A DNA stretch of 64,000 nt from positions 83,199 to 147,198 of the forward strand of contig JBKHIT010000003.1 in assembly GCA_046538485.1 (NCBI GenBank), given 5' to 3'. Position 1 is the stretch's first letter. Every line of letters begins with the position of its first letter. The position numbers and the translations under genes were made by a program. Positions 45,828 through 55,375 of the stretch are shown here, piece after piece. The stretch comes from Candidatus Brocadiia bacterium (GTDB taxonomy: Bacteria > Planctomycetota > Brocadiia > SM23-32). The notes beneath the pieces are model-generated. The model made no database searches. It was not told the DNA's origin and saw only the letters and a list, made by a program, of their open reading frames with translations.

Positions 45828-46211
45828 AAAATGCCAAAGACTCGATTAAACCCGAACAAAAAGCCCCCAAAACGTTTATTTTGGTGGACAATAAGCCCAA
45901 AATACGACACGATCTAGACGATATCACACTACTGTCGAGCACGCAACCTAAATCGACCGGTTTAAGAACCACTTGTTTCTGATGGCCCAATTTTGTGATT
46001 CCATCGTGCGGCACCGTTTTCGAACGCTATTTCGGTTTAAAAATTATTGGGAACGGTATATAGTGATAAAATCCGGCGAATTCCCTGATGAAGGCTTCAA
46101 ACTGTCCGTGAAATCCAGGTCGGGTCTGAATCCCATCTTGCCTGGTATAAGATTGTGCAACGTCTGCAGTAAAAAAATGCAAAAGTGCCTGTCTGTGAAA
46201 GGATTAAAACG

Positions 46212-47027
46212 ATGATTGTCATTGCTGAACGGATCAATGCGACCCGCGAACCGATATCTCTGGCAATGAATGAGCGCGACGCGGCTCATATTGCTGAAGA
46301 AACTAAATTGCAGGAAAGGTGCGGCGCGGATTATATCGACATTAATGGCGGAAACACTCCAGATCAGGAAGTCGAAAATCTCAGCTGGGCCGTGGAGATT
46401 GTCCAGCAGAATACTGATTTACCGCTTTGCATCGATTCTGCGGGGGCTGAAGGTTTTGAGGCAGCTCTCGAGAAGATACATTCCGAAGATGTCATGCTGA
46501 ATAGCGTCAATGGAGAATCGGAAAAGATGGAAAAAATCCTTCCGATTGCTGCCGAGAGGAGCGCAAGGTTGGTAGCATTGCTCATGGACGAGGAAGGTCT
46601 GCCCTCCGGAGTCGATGATAGGCTTCAGATCGCGGAGAAAATCGTGGAACAGGCGGAGAAAGCTGGAGTTGCGCTGGGCAAACTTTATGTTGATCCGTGC
46701 GTCCAGCCTTTGTGTACAAATCCAGACCAGGCCAATGCGGTGATCGAGTGCGTCGGGCGGGTGATGGAAGATTATCCCGGGATCCATACAACGGGGGGAC
46801 TTTCAAATATCAGTTTCGGACTCCCTTATCGTGGTGTGGTAAATCGGGCGTTCATTACATTTTTGATCGGAGCAGGCCTGGATTCCGGAATTGTTGATCC
46901 CACCAGTCAAGATATGATGGCCACGATTCTGGCGGCTGAAGCCATCTGCGAAAAGGACGAAATGTGCATGAATTATATCAAAGCCGACCGCCAGGGGCTT
47001 CTGAGGCCGGATGAGATCGAGGCATAA
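46212..47027 (+). CDS. Pterin-binding methyltransferase (AcsE / MetH folate-domain-like methyltetrahydrofolate:corrinoid methyltransferase)
   Basis: IVIAERIN..R, ADYIDING, LCIDS, LNSVNGE, DP.VQP, GLSNISFGLP.R..VN..F, DSGIVDP. Confidence 0.88.
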   Translation: MIVIAERINATREPISLAMNERDAAHIAEETKLQERCGADYIDINGGNTPDQEVENLSWAVEIVQQNTDLPLCIDSAGAEGFEAALEKIHSEDVMLNSVNGESEKMEKILPIAAERSARLVALLMDEEGLPSGVDDRLQIAEKIVEQAEKAGVALGKLYVDPCVQPLCTNPDQANAVIECVGRVMEDYPGIHTTGGLSNISFGLPYRGVVNRAFITFLIGAGLDSGIVDPTSQDMMATILAAEAICEKDEMCMNYIKADRQGLLRPDEIEA

Positions 47028-47069
47028 GCGTGATCGAGTCTCTATAGTGCAGAAAACAGGAGAGACAAA

Positions 47070-47891
47070 TTGAAAGACCCTGCCAGCGTGAACCAGAAAC
47101 ATGTGAAGGTGCAGGCAGGGCGCGGCGAATTGCTCGGGATGATATACGAAGACCGCGCAGGGTGCGCCTGCGATACCGCTGTGCTGATATGCAATCCGTT
47201 TGGGGACGAGCGCAAATCGAGCTGTCTGGGTCTGAGCCGAATGGCCTGTCATATTGCGCGTAAGGGTTTCCGGGTTTTGCGGTTCGATTACTATGGAACC
47301 GGAGATAGCCCGGGAGATTTTCGAGAAGCCACACTGGAATCCAGGCTCGACGATATTGCTTCTGCGGCCGAGTTTCTCTCCGGATTTGAGAAAACTGATG
47401 GACTTGTGCTTATCGGCCTGCGCTATGGTGCTTTATTGGCCGCTCGATCTGCTCGGGATATCGAATTGTGCCGGGGAGTGGCCCTTTTGGAGCCGGTTCC
47501 CCACGGCCGGTCGTATTTCGAACGCCAGATCCAGCGGAAAAAAGTACGGCAGATGATAACGAGTGGCAAGGCCTCATCCAGTAGCGAGGAGGACGGAGAG
47601 GAAATTATAGATCTCGATGGCTACCCCATTCCCAAAGACATCATTGAAGGGCTTCAAAGTCCTTGTCTGAGCGAGACTGAGCTGTCCGGGAAAATTTTGC
47701 TTGTTCAAATTTCATTTGATGAAAACTTGCGGCGGGAAACAAAAGAACTTCGCGATAGTCTTGGCAGTGGTGTCACCGGGATATTGACGAAAACCGTCGT
47801 GCTGCCGCCTTTTTGGAGCCGGATTGAGATCACCGATACGACGGAACTAAACGAGGTAGCATCGGGTTGGTTGACAGGCTTATGGGGTTAA
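47070..47891 (+). CDS. Alpha/beta hydrolase (serine aminopeptidase S33 / exosortase-A-associated hydrolase-2-like)
   Basis: PFGDERK, VLRFDYYGTGDSPG, IGLRYGALLA (Arg at the nucleophile position); TTG start. Confidence 0.75.
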   Translation: MKDPASVNQKHVKVQAGRGELLGMIYEDRAGCACDTAVLICNPFGDERKSSCLGLSRMACHIARKGFRVLRFDYYGTGDSPGDFREATLESRLDDIASAAEFLSGFEKTDGLVLIGLRYGALLAARSARDIELCRGVALLEPVPHGRSYFERQIQRKKVRQMITSGKASSSSEEDGEEIIDLDGYPIPKDIIEGLQSPCLSETELSGKILLVQISFDENLRRETKELRDSLGSGVTGILTKTVVLPPFWSRIEITDTTELNEVASGWLTGLWG

Positions 47892-47932
47892 TTTGACGTT
47901 TTGAGCGCCTCAAAAACGCAAGGAGGAACAAA

Positions 47933-50221
47933 TCACTCCGGTCTTTTCCCATGCAGATCAGCATCAATTGCGTGCGCTGCGTCTTTCCCTGCTCCCATGG
48001 CCTGAATTACCGTGGCAGCGCCCGTCACAATATCGCCGCCTGCATAGACCTTATCCAGAGTGGTTTTTCCCGTTCCGGGTTCAGCGACAATTGTCCCCCA
48101 TTTGTCAACTTCAAGGCCTTTGGTTGTCTGTGGTATGAGCGGGTGAGGCCGGTTGCCGAAAGCGATAATGACCATATCCATGGGGATTTCAAATTCAGAG
48201 CCTTCGATCGGATAGGGCCGCCTGCGACCGTCTTCGCCGGGTTCTCCGAGTTCCATTTGAATGCATCGGACTCCCTTGACCCATCCGTCCGAATCGCCAA
48301 GAATTTCCACCACATTGGTGAGCCAGCGGATGTCGACGTCTTCTTCCATGGCATGTTCCAGTTCGGCCTGGCGTGCCGGGCATTCCTCCTCGGAGCGACG
48401 GTAGAGGACAGTTACTTCGTCAGCACCGAGTCTCAGGGCTGTGCGTGCCGAGTCCATGGCGACATTCCCCCCGCCGAGCACGGCGATACGAGGGCGGACC
48501 AGTACGGGAGTTTCGTATCGGGTGTCATAAGCGCGCATCAGATTAACCCGGGTGAGATATTCGTTGGCGCTGAGCACTCCATTCAGGTTTTCCCCGGCTG
48601 TACCCACGAGGATGGGGAGGCCTGCTCCCGAGCCAACAAAAACCGCCGCGAATCCTTCATCGAACAGTTCCCGGATAGAAGCGGTTTTCCCGACGACAAA
48701 ATTCGTGCGGATTTCTACGCCCAGTGATTTTATGAAATCCACTTCCTGAGCGACGATTTCTTTGGGTAGTCTGAATTGGGGAATACCGTATGTGAGCACG
48801 CCTCCAGGTTCATGGAGAGCTTCGTGGATCACCGGTTGGTAACCGAGCCGCGCCAGTTCCCCCGCTGCTGTCAGACCGGCCGGTCCGCTTCCCACAATAG
48901 CAATTCTTTCTTTGGTTGCCTTTGCCAGATTCGGCGTTTCAATCAGGTCGTTTTCTCGTTCGTAGTCAGCGACAAACCGCTCGAGGTTACCGATAGCGAC
49001 GGGGTCCGCTTTTCGGCCGAGAACGCAATTCGCTTCGCATTGATCTTCCTGCGGGCAGACCCGACCACAAACGGCTGGCAGGGCATTGTCTTCTTTTATG
49101 AGGCTGGCGGCATCCGCAAATTTGCGTTGCGTTATCAGCTTGATAAATCCGGGAATGTCGATCCCCACCGGACATCCTTCAACGCACTTCGGTTTTTTGC
49201 ATTGCAGGCACCTGTTGGCTTCCATTACGGCTTGTTCTGGTCTCAGACCAAAAGGGACTTCCACAAAATTATTTATGCGTTTGTCGGCTGGTTGCTCGGG
49301 CATTGGTTGCCGGGGGATTTCTATGCTTTTTTCGGCTTCTCGCCCGGCCTGCAGTTTTGCATTTTGAAAATCGGTATGATCCTGGTCGCACTCATGAGCT
49401 GGCTCATACTGGGGTAGTTCCCGTGCACGCGGATTGTCTTCATATTGTGCGAGGCGGGCTCGGAGTTCCTCGAAATCGACCTGATGTCCGTCAAATTCCG
49501 GTCCGTCGACGCAGGCGAATTTCGTTTCCCCACCAATAGTAACGCGGCATCCTCCGCACATGCCGGTGCCATCGAGCATTATGGGGTTGAGGCTCACGAT
49601 TGTTTTGACACCAAAGGGTCTTGTAATGTCTGAAATGGCGGCCATCATTGGCACGGGGCCAACGGCATAGACGGCATCGATTTTTCCGTTTGATTGAAGC
49701 ATCTCTTTCAGCAGGTCCGTTGGAAAGCCGTGATACCCTTTGGAACCGTCATCGGTAGCGATCTGGAGGTCTTCGCAGAGCTGGGCGAGCTCCTTTTCCA
49801 TGATCAGAAGTTCTTCACTCCGGGCACTTATAATTCCGGTGACCCCTTTCATGTGGGCTCGTATTGCTCGGACGAGTGGCAGTATCAAGGCGATACCCAG
49901 GCCACCCCCGACGCAGACTGCGTGTTCCCCGTCATGCAATTCAGTGGGTTTCCCGAGCGGGCCGGCTACGTCAAGGATCTCGTCTCCCGCCGAGAATGTT
50001 GCCAGATGCTCTGTGGTATTTCCGACGGCCTGGAAAACGACCGTTATTGAGTGATTTTCCGGTTCGCCTCCGGCGATGGTGAGAGGAATTCGTTCGCCGG
50101 TTTCGGAGAGGCGGAGGACCACAAACTGCCCGGCTTTCCGTTTCTGGGCGATACGCGGCGCGTGGATCTTAATCTGGTAGGTCTTTGGGGCCAGCTTTTC
50201 TTTTGCGAGGATTTCATACAT
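47933..50221 (-). CDS. Fused NfnA-NfnB (SudBA-like) NADH-dependent ferredoxin:NADP+ oxidoreductase / GltD-like
   Basis: N-half PGQF-like AGQFV, ERIPLTIA, GPLG, GGGLG, CGPVP-like VGPVPMM, DGTGMCGGC…CVDGPEF; C-half EANRCLQC..P.CVEGCP, CGRVCPQ..QCE, GSGPAGL, GGGNVAMD, YAGGD. Confidence 0.9.
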   Translation of the reverse strand: MYEILAKEKLAPKTYQIKIHAPRIAQKRKAGQFVVLRLSETGERIPLTIAGGEPENHSITVVFQAVGNTTEHLATFSAGDEILDVAGPLGKPTELHDGEHAVCVGGGLGIALILPLVRAIRAHMKGVTGIISARSEELLIMEKELAQLCEDLQIATDDGSKGYHGFPTDLLKEMLQSNGKIDAVYAVGPVPMMAAISDITRPFGVKTIVSLNPIMLDGTGMCGGCRVTIGGETKFACVDGPEFDGHQVDFEELRARLAQYEDNPRARELPQYEPAHECDQDHTDFQNAKLQAGREAEKSIEIPRQPMPEQPADKRINNFVEVPFGLRPEQAVMEANRCLQCKKPKCVEGCPVGIDIPGFIKLITQRKFADAASLIKEDNALPAVCGRVCPQEDQCEANCVLGRKADPVAIGNLERFVADYERENDLIETPNLAKATKERIAIVGSGPAGLTAAGELARLGYQPVIHEALHEPGGVLTYGIPQFRLPKEIVAQEVDFIKSLGVEIRTNFVVGKTASIRELFDEGFAAVFVGSGAGLPILVGTAGENLNGVLSANEYLTRVNLMRAYDTRYETPVLVRPRIAVLGGGNVAMDSARTALRLGADEVTVLYRRSEEECPARQAELEHAMEEDVDIRWLTNVVEILGDSDGWVKGVRCIQMELGEPGEDGRRRPYPIEGSEFEIPMDMVIIAFGNRPHPLIPQTTKGLEVDKWGTIVAEPGTGKTTLDKVYAGGDIVTGAATVIQAMGAGKDAAHAIDADLHGKRPE

Positions 50222-50269
50222 TTTTAAAGCTCAATCAGCCATAAGAAGAGCCCTAACCCGCATATTTCA

Positions 50270-50460
50270 AGCCCCCTCAGCGCCGGATATGCGCGGAGGG
50301 CAAAGGCGGGTGTATTCGTATACCCCAACTGCAGCCTGACAAAGCATAGAGGCAGAAGCCTCTTTCATCATAGTAAGACCGGGGCTGGTTTTTTTGTCAC
50401 CGTCCGCGCGGTCTGACAGTCTCACTCCAACGGAACCGCCAACTGGCGGCTGAGGGGGCT
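50270..50460. ncRNA. Candidate structured RNA or short inverted-repeat element (191 nt)
   Basis: Closing stem agccccctcagc-gcc / ggc-ggctgagggggct, inner stem gcgcgga/tccgcgc, apical hairpin agaggc-agaa-gcctct. Family not identified. Confidence 0.35.
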
Positions 50461-50639
50461 CCCGACAGGGTGAATTCCTGCCGTTTGTTTGAAAAAGCGC
50501 TCAGTACAGGGTGTGTACAAATCATCATGGCAAAATCCGTAGTAAGGCCAAGTCCAGAAATGCTTTATAGTAATATCACTTCGGAATTTATGAGATATGG
50601 GGGCTAATCCCCGGCGGGACCCCGAGCTCCGTGTTTTCG

Positions 50640-51503
50640 TCAGGAGTGATTACCGGTTTCCTCGCGGAACATTTCCAGAAGTTGTAGTGTAATGGGTCCG
50701 GGTGTGCCGTCCCCGATATCACGGCTATCAATGCGCACGACAGGCACCAGTTCGGCGGCGGTACCCGTGAGGAAACACTCATCGGCGACGTAAAGATCAA
50801 AACGGGTCAGCTGGCGTTCTTCGATCCCTATATCCGCGCTTCGCGCAAGCTGCATTACCACCTGGCGTGTGATGCCTTCCAGCATCCCAGCTTCAGGAGG
50901 GGGAGTGACGAGTGTGCTTTCTGAAACGATGAACAGGTTATCGCCCGTACATTCGGCGACATAGCCCTGGCTGTTGAGCATAATTGCTTCAATAACCCCT
51001 GCCTGAAGGGCCTCTATTTTCGCGAGGATATTGTTGAGATAGTTTAGAGATTTGATTTTCGGGCTCAGGACATTGTGGTGGGTCCGCATAGTGGGGACGG
51101 TTACCACTTCCAATCCTTTTTCGTAAAACTCTTTCGGGTAAAGAGATATAGAGTCCGTGATAATGATCACCTCTGGATCCGGGCATTTTGTTGGATCGAG
51201 ACCTAAGGTCCCAACTCCCCGGGTGATAACGACCCTGATATAGGCATTTGTCAGGTCATTGGCTTCAAGCGTTTCATGAATAGCTTCGATCAATTCCTCT
51301 TTGCTCATGGGGATTTCCAGGGCAATCGCCCGAGCGGAATTGTAAAGCCGTTCGATATGCTGCTCGCACCGGAATACTTTTCCTTTATAGGCACGGATTC
51401 CTTCAAATACACCATCGCCGTAGAGCAAACCGTGATCGTAAACGGAAATTTTTGCGTCTGCTCTTTCCTTCAATTCGCCGCTGATATAAACTTTTAGACC
51501 CAC
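50640..51503 (-). CDS. ilvE: Branched-chain amino acid aminotransferase
   Basis: DHGLLYGDGVFEG, IKSLNYL (PLP Lys), ECTGDN, GITR, FLTGTAAE; GTG 51503 after RBS aaggag. Confidence 0.95.
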   Translation of the reverse strand: MGLKVYISGELKERADAKISVYDHGLLYGDGVFEGIRAYKGKVFRCEQHIERLYNSARAIALEIPMSKEELIEAIHETLEANDLTNAYIRVVITRGVGTLGLDPTKCPDPEVIIITDSISLYPKEFYEKGLEVVTVPTMRTHHNVLSPKIKSLNYLNNILAKIEALQAGVIEAIMLNSQGYVAECTGDNLFIVSESTLVTPPPEAGMLEGITRQVVMQLARSADIGIEERQLTRFDLYVADECFLTGTAAELVPVVRIDSRDIGDGTPGPITLQLLEMFREETGNHS

Positions 51504-51582
51504 ATCGCGCTCCTTAGATACTCCTTCAATTTCAATTGTATTGGGTAAACTACCGCAAAGCCTTGAGTTGTTCAAGCGTGAA

Positions 51583-52272
51583 TTATGAGGCTCTTTCGAG
51601 TCGTCCATCGACCAATCGGATTTTTCTTTCCGCGCGGGCGGCGATTGTAGGATCGTGCGTAACGATCACAAGGGTAGCCCCGGTTTCTTCTTTAAGCGTG
51701 CAGAGAAGATTAAGAATGGATTCCCCGGTGTGTGAATCGAGGTTGCCCGTCGGCTCGTCACAAAGCAGTATATGAGGTTTGTTGATAAGGGCTCGGGCGA
51801 TGGCGACCCGCTGGCGTTCCCCTCCGGAGAGCTGGCCCGGTTTATGTGCGGCGCGCTCCCCCAGCCCGACCAGTTTCAGAAGTCGCTGGGCTTCCTGAAG
51901 TGATTCTTTCTTTTTGCGTCTCCACGATCCCATGCCGGCATCAGCGATAGCGGGGAGGGCAACGTTTTCAACGGCGGTAAAATCGGGAAGAAGATGGTAG
52001 AATTGGAAGACAAAGCCGAAAATCCGGTTCCGCCAACGCGCCTGGCGTTTTTGACTCAGGCTGGAAATTACCTGTTGTTTGTAAACCACCTGACCTTGGG
52101 TGGGGGTGTCGAGAATCCCCATCAGATGAAGCAAAGTGCTTTTACCTGCACCACTCGGTCCCTCAATAGCGAGAATTTCCCTGGGACTTACCTTCAATGA
52201 AACGTTGTGGAGCACTCGCAGGGCTCGGCGGCCAATTTTATAATCTTTGCATACTTCTTGTACTTCAAGCAT
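51583..52272 (-). CDS. ABC transporter ATP-binding protein, LolD/MacB-like
   Basis: GPSGAGKST, FVFQFYHLLPDF, LSGGERQRVAIARAL, DEPTGNLD, VTHD. Confidence 0.9.
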   Translation of the reverse strand: MLEVQEVCKDYKIGRRALRVLHNVSLKVSPREILAIEGPSGAGKSTLLHLMGILDTPTQGQVVYKQQVISSLSQKRQARWRNRIFGFVFQFYHLLPDFTAVENVALPAIADAGMGSWRRKKKESLQEAQRLLKLVGLGERAAHKPGQLSGGERQRVAIARALINKPHILLCDEPTGNLDSHTGESILNLLCTLKEETGATLVIVTHDPTIAARAERKIRLVDGRLERAS

Positions 52273-52305
52273 GGTTTTCGCTCGAGAGGCAATCGTATCT
52301 TAGCC

Positions 52306-53757
52306 TTATTCTTGATCGATAGGCCGCAGAAGGGGAAACAGAATGACCTCGCGGATGGAGGGGCTATTCGACAGCAGCATAACAAGTCGATCGATCCCCA
52401 CGCCCATACCCCCCGCTGGTGGCATACCATGGGCGAGCGCGCGCAGGAAATCGAGGTCGACCGTCCGCAGAGTTTCCTGTTCTGCATCCTCACCTTCCAG
52501 TTGTTGGAGAAATTTCTCTTCCTGAAGCTGAGGGTCATTCAGCTCCGTATAAGCCGTTCCCATCTCCAAGCCTCCGATGAACAGATCCCAGCGTTGGGCC
52601 TGAGCTTCATCGTCCGGACAAGGCTTGGTGAGAGGAGATAGAGCAGCTGGATAATCGAAGATAAAGGTCGGATGAATAATTTCATCCTCTACGGTTCGTT
52701 CAAAGACGCGTTCAAGCAGCAATTCATCTCCCGTTCCGGATACGTCCAGATCGAGTTCCTGCGCTTTCTCACGGAGCTTTTCGCTATCATCAGGGGAGAA
52801 ATCATTCTTTTCTTCAAAAGCTTCTCGGTAATCAACCTGCTGAAAAGGAACGGTAAAGTCGATTTCGTAATCGCCGTATTGAATTAAGCCCTCGGAATTG
52901 ATATTGAGGGCGAGAGAACGGATTAAATCCTCGGTTAGTTCTCTCATATCTCTGTAATCGGCGTAAGCCTGGTAAAGTTCAAGCGAGGTAAATTCCGGGT
53001 TGTGTTGCCTGTCCACGCCTTCATTTCGGAAATTCCGATTAATTTCGAAAACCCTTTCCATCCCTCCCACCAGAAGCCGTTTCAGGTAAAGCTCTGGAGC
53101 GACTCGCAGATAGAGGTCGATATCGAGCGCGTTATGATGGGTTACGAACGGGCGGGCAGCGGCACCTCCGGGAACTGGTTGCATCATGGGGGTTTCAACC
53201 TCGATAAAACCCCTATCCTGCAGTAAAGATCGGATTGATTGGTTCAGTTCCGAGCGGATGAGGAATCGCTCCATCACTTCATCGTTTGTGAACAGGTCAA
53301 CCGAACGACGACGATACCGAAATTCCTCATCTTTCAAACCGTGCCATTTTTCAGGTGGACGCAGTAATGCTTTGGAGAGCACCTGGAATTTATCGACAAA
53401 GATAGTGATTTCGCCGGTCCGGGTTTTCGTCAGGTCGCCGCTCACGCCAACGATATCGGCCGCCTGAAGCTGTTGATAGACCTCGAAATTTTCTTCGCCG
53501 AGCCGTTTTTCTTGAAAGAATATCTGGATGCTGCCTGTTTTATCTTTTATATCTACGAAAGAAGCTTTACCCATATCCCGGATGTTTGTGATTCGGCCGG
53601 CGGTTCTAACAGTTTTCGGATTATCTTCTTCGAAGCTCTCTAGGATCGATGAAATGGGTTCTGTATCCGGGAATCGCCCTCCGAAAGGGTCGACCCCGCG
53701 CTCACGTAATGCTTCCAGCGTGTCGAGTCGGAAATCTTCGTATTCGATCAGAGACAA
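52306..53757 (-). CDS. lysS: Lysyl-tRNA synthetase (class II)
   Basis: OB-fold anticodon domain, GGAAARPF.TH, APELYLKRL.VGG, FRNEG…HNPEF, AY.ELND, GMPPAGG.G.GIDRL. Confidence 0.98.
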   Translation of the reverse strand: MSLIEYEDFRLDTLEALRERGVDPFGGRFPDTEPISSILESFEEDNPKTVRTAGRITNIRDMGKASFVDIKDKTGSIQIFFQEKRLGEENFEVYQQLQAADIVGVSGDLTKTRTGEITIFVDKFQVLSKALLRPPEKWHGLKDEEFRYRRRSVDLFTNDEVMERFLIRSELNQSIRSLLQDRGFIEVETPMMQPVPGGAAARPFVTHHNALDIDLYLRVAPELYLKRLLVGGMERVFEINRNFRNEGVDRQHNPEFTSLELYQAYADYRDMRELTEDLIRSLALNINSEGLIQYGDYEIDFTVPFQQVDYREAFEEKNDFSPDDSEKLREKAQELDLDVSGTGDELLLERVFERTVEDEIIHPTFIFDYPAALSPLTKPCPDDEAQAQRWDLFIGGLEMGTAYTELNDPQLQEEKFLQQLEGEDAEQETLRTVDLDFLRALAHGMPPAGGMGVGIDRLVMLLSNSPSIREVILFPLLRPIDQE

Positions 53758-53920
53758 CTCAGATGCTCCCGGGATTAAATAAGGTCTGAGATGGGCACCA
53801 TAGCCAGAGCATTAGCAGATCAGGACACTCTCTGAGTGCTTTGCCGCTCGGGCCAGATTTTCGGATGCTACACAGATGAAGAATTATATGTTTGGGGGCC
53901 TTTTAGAACAAGCGAATGGC

Positions 53921-54694
53921 CTACGTCCCGTCTTTCAACCGATCGGCTGTATGGTCGCTTAAATGTTCGTTCTGACGGATTTTAGTTGATGCTTTTTCGA
54001 CGTCATATTCTACTCGGTGGTACCGAATTCCCTCCGCTTGAAGCGTTACATAACACGCCCGGGGATCGCCGTCTCTGGGCTGACCGACACTGCCGACATT
54101 GATAATGGCTTTTTTCTCTTCGGCGGGCCAATAAGGCAAGGAAAGCGCATCTGGCCGAATGAACTCGAAATTCGAGTTTATTATGCCAGCTTTATGCGTA
54201 TGTCCCACGAAAGCCACTTTCTCGATGCGATTGAAATTCTCAGAAAGTTTCGTATTCAGTTGTAAGCGGCAATCGCGTTCGCGAAGATATTCGTTAACGG
54301 GGTTCCGTGGAGAGGCATGAACGAACAGATTATCCTCTTCCACGTATCGGTGGGAGAGGCCTTTCAAGAAATCCCACCTCTGCCGTTCGGTGTTGTTCTC
54401 GTTGCCACCTTCAGTCCGGGGTGCAGGGCTGAGAATAGAACGATGATACTTGACGGATTTTGCCGCTTCGTCGCTAAAATTCTCGCTGCCGTAAATGAGA
54501 GCGGAATCATGGTTTCCACAAATGACCACTTCACAAGAGCTTCGAATGGCATCAATACACCACGCGGGCTCGGCTCCGTAGCCCACGATGTCTCCAAGAC
54601 ATATGACTTTTTCGGGATTGAGTGCCAGAATTTCTGCGAGGACAACCGTCAGAGCTTCGCGGTTTGCATGTATGTCACTGATGATTGCGATCAT
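53921..54694 (-). CDS. Calcineurin-like metallophosphoesterase
   Basis: SDIHAN, LGDIVGYG, GNHD, HASP, GHTH, NVGSVGQPRDG. Confidence 0.92.
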   Translation of the reverse strand: MIAIISDIHANREALTVVLAEILALNPEKVICLGDIVGYGAEPAWCIDAIRSSCEVVICGNHDSALIYGSENFSDEAAKSVKYHRSILSPAPRTEGGNENNTERQRWDFLKGLSHRYVEEDNLFVHASPRNPVNEYLRERDCRLQLNTKLSENFNRIEKVAFVGHTHKAGIINSNFEFIRPDALSLPYWPAEEKKAIINVGSVGQPRDGDPRACYVTLQAEGIRYHRVEYDVEKASTKIRQNEHLSDHTADRLKDGT

Positions 54695-54927
54695 ATTTCT
54701 TGGCGTTCTGATGCAATAAATATTTCGATCTGATTATAGATTGTAAGGGGCCGATTAGGAGTTGTCATCTGAGGACGGAGGAAAGGTATGCATTTGTTGC
54801 GAAAAATTCGCTCTGGAGGTATAATTATAGGGCAAGCAAAGATGGTTCCTGACCTCTTCCAACAGAGGATAGAAGGGAATTGACGAGTGAAGGAACTAAG
54901 TTATAACCTCCGGCGAGGTAACTGCTT

Positions 54928-55338
54928 ATGTTTGATTGTGACAAATTAATGAGGTGTCCGGATTGCAGTTACGAGGGGCAATGGCAGCGATTCCGGGCGC
55001 AGACTTCTCTTTTCAAGCTTCCTTTCCGCTGCCCGTCCTGTGGCAAATACCTTTTCAGGGTTTGGAACTGGAAAGCCCCATTAGCTTACATTGTTTTAGT
55101 GACCGGTTTGCTTGTTTTATGGGAAGTCCGCACCGTTTACCAGATTCCGGTCGACGTCTTGTGGGTCCTTGGTTTCCATGCTTTTTACGTCCATTTTGAG
55201 GGAGCATTAATACAAGACTTACGGTTAGCTCGGAAAGGGCGCAGGCTTTTCCACACGGTTTTGAAAGCTGTTTTGGTGGTGGTCGGTGCGGCTCTGCTTA
55301 TAGCTTCTTTTGTTCTTCTGGCCCCGACTTTAAGTTAA
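54928..55338 (+). CDS. Small membrane protein with N-terminal zinc-ribbon (CPDC…CPSC)
   Basis: Two CxxC pairs followed by three hydrophobic segments; RBS gagg. Confidence 0.65.
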   Translation: MFDCDKLMRCPDCSYEGQWQRFRAQTSLFKLPFRCPSCGKYLFRVWNWKAPLAYIVLVTGLLVLWEVRTVYQIPVDVLWVLGFHAFYVHFEGALIQDLRLARKGRRLFHTVLKAVLVVVGAALLIASFVLLAPTLS

Positions 55339-55375
55339 GAATCCTGTCGGGTTCTATGGGGGGTATGCCACACAA

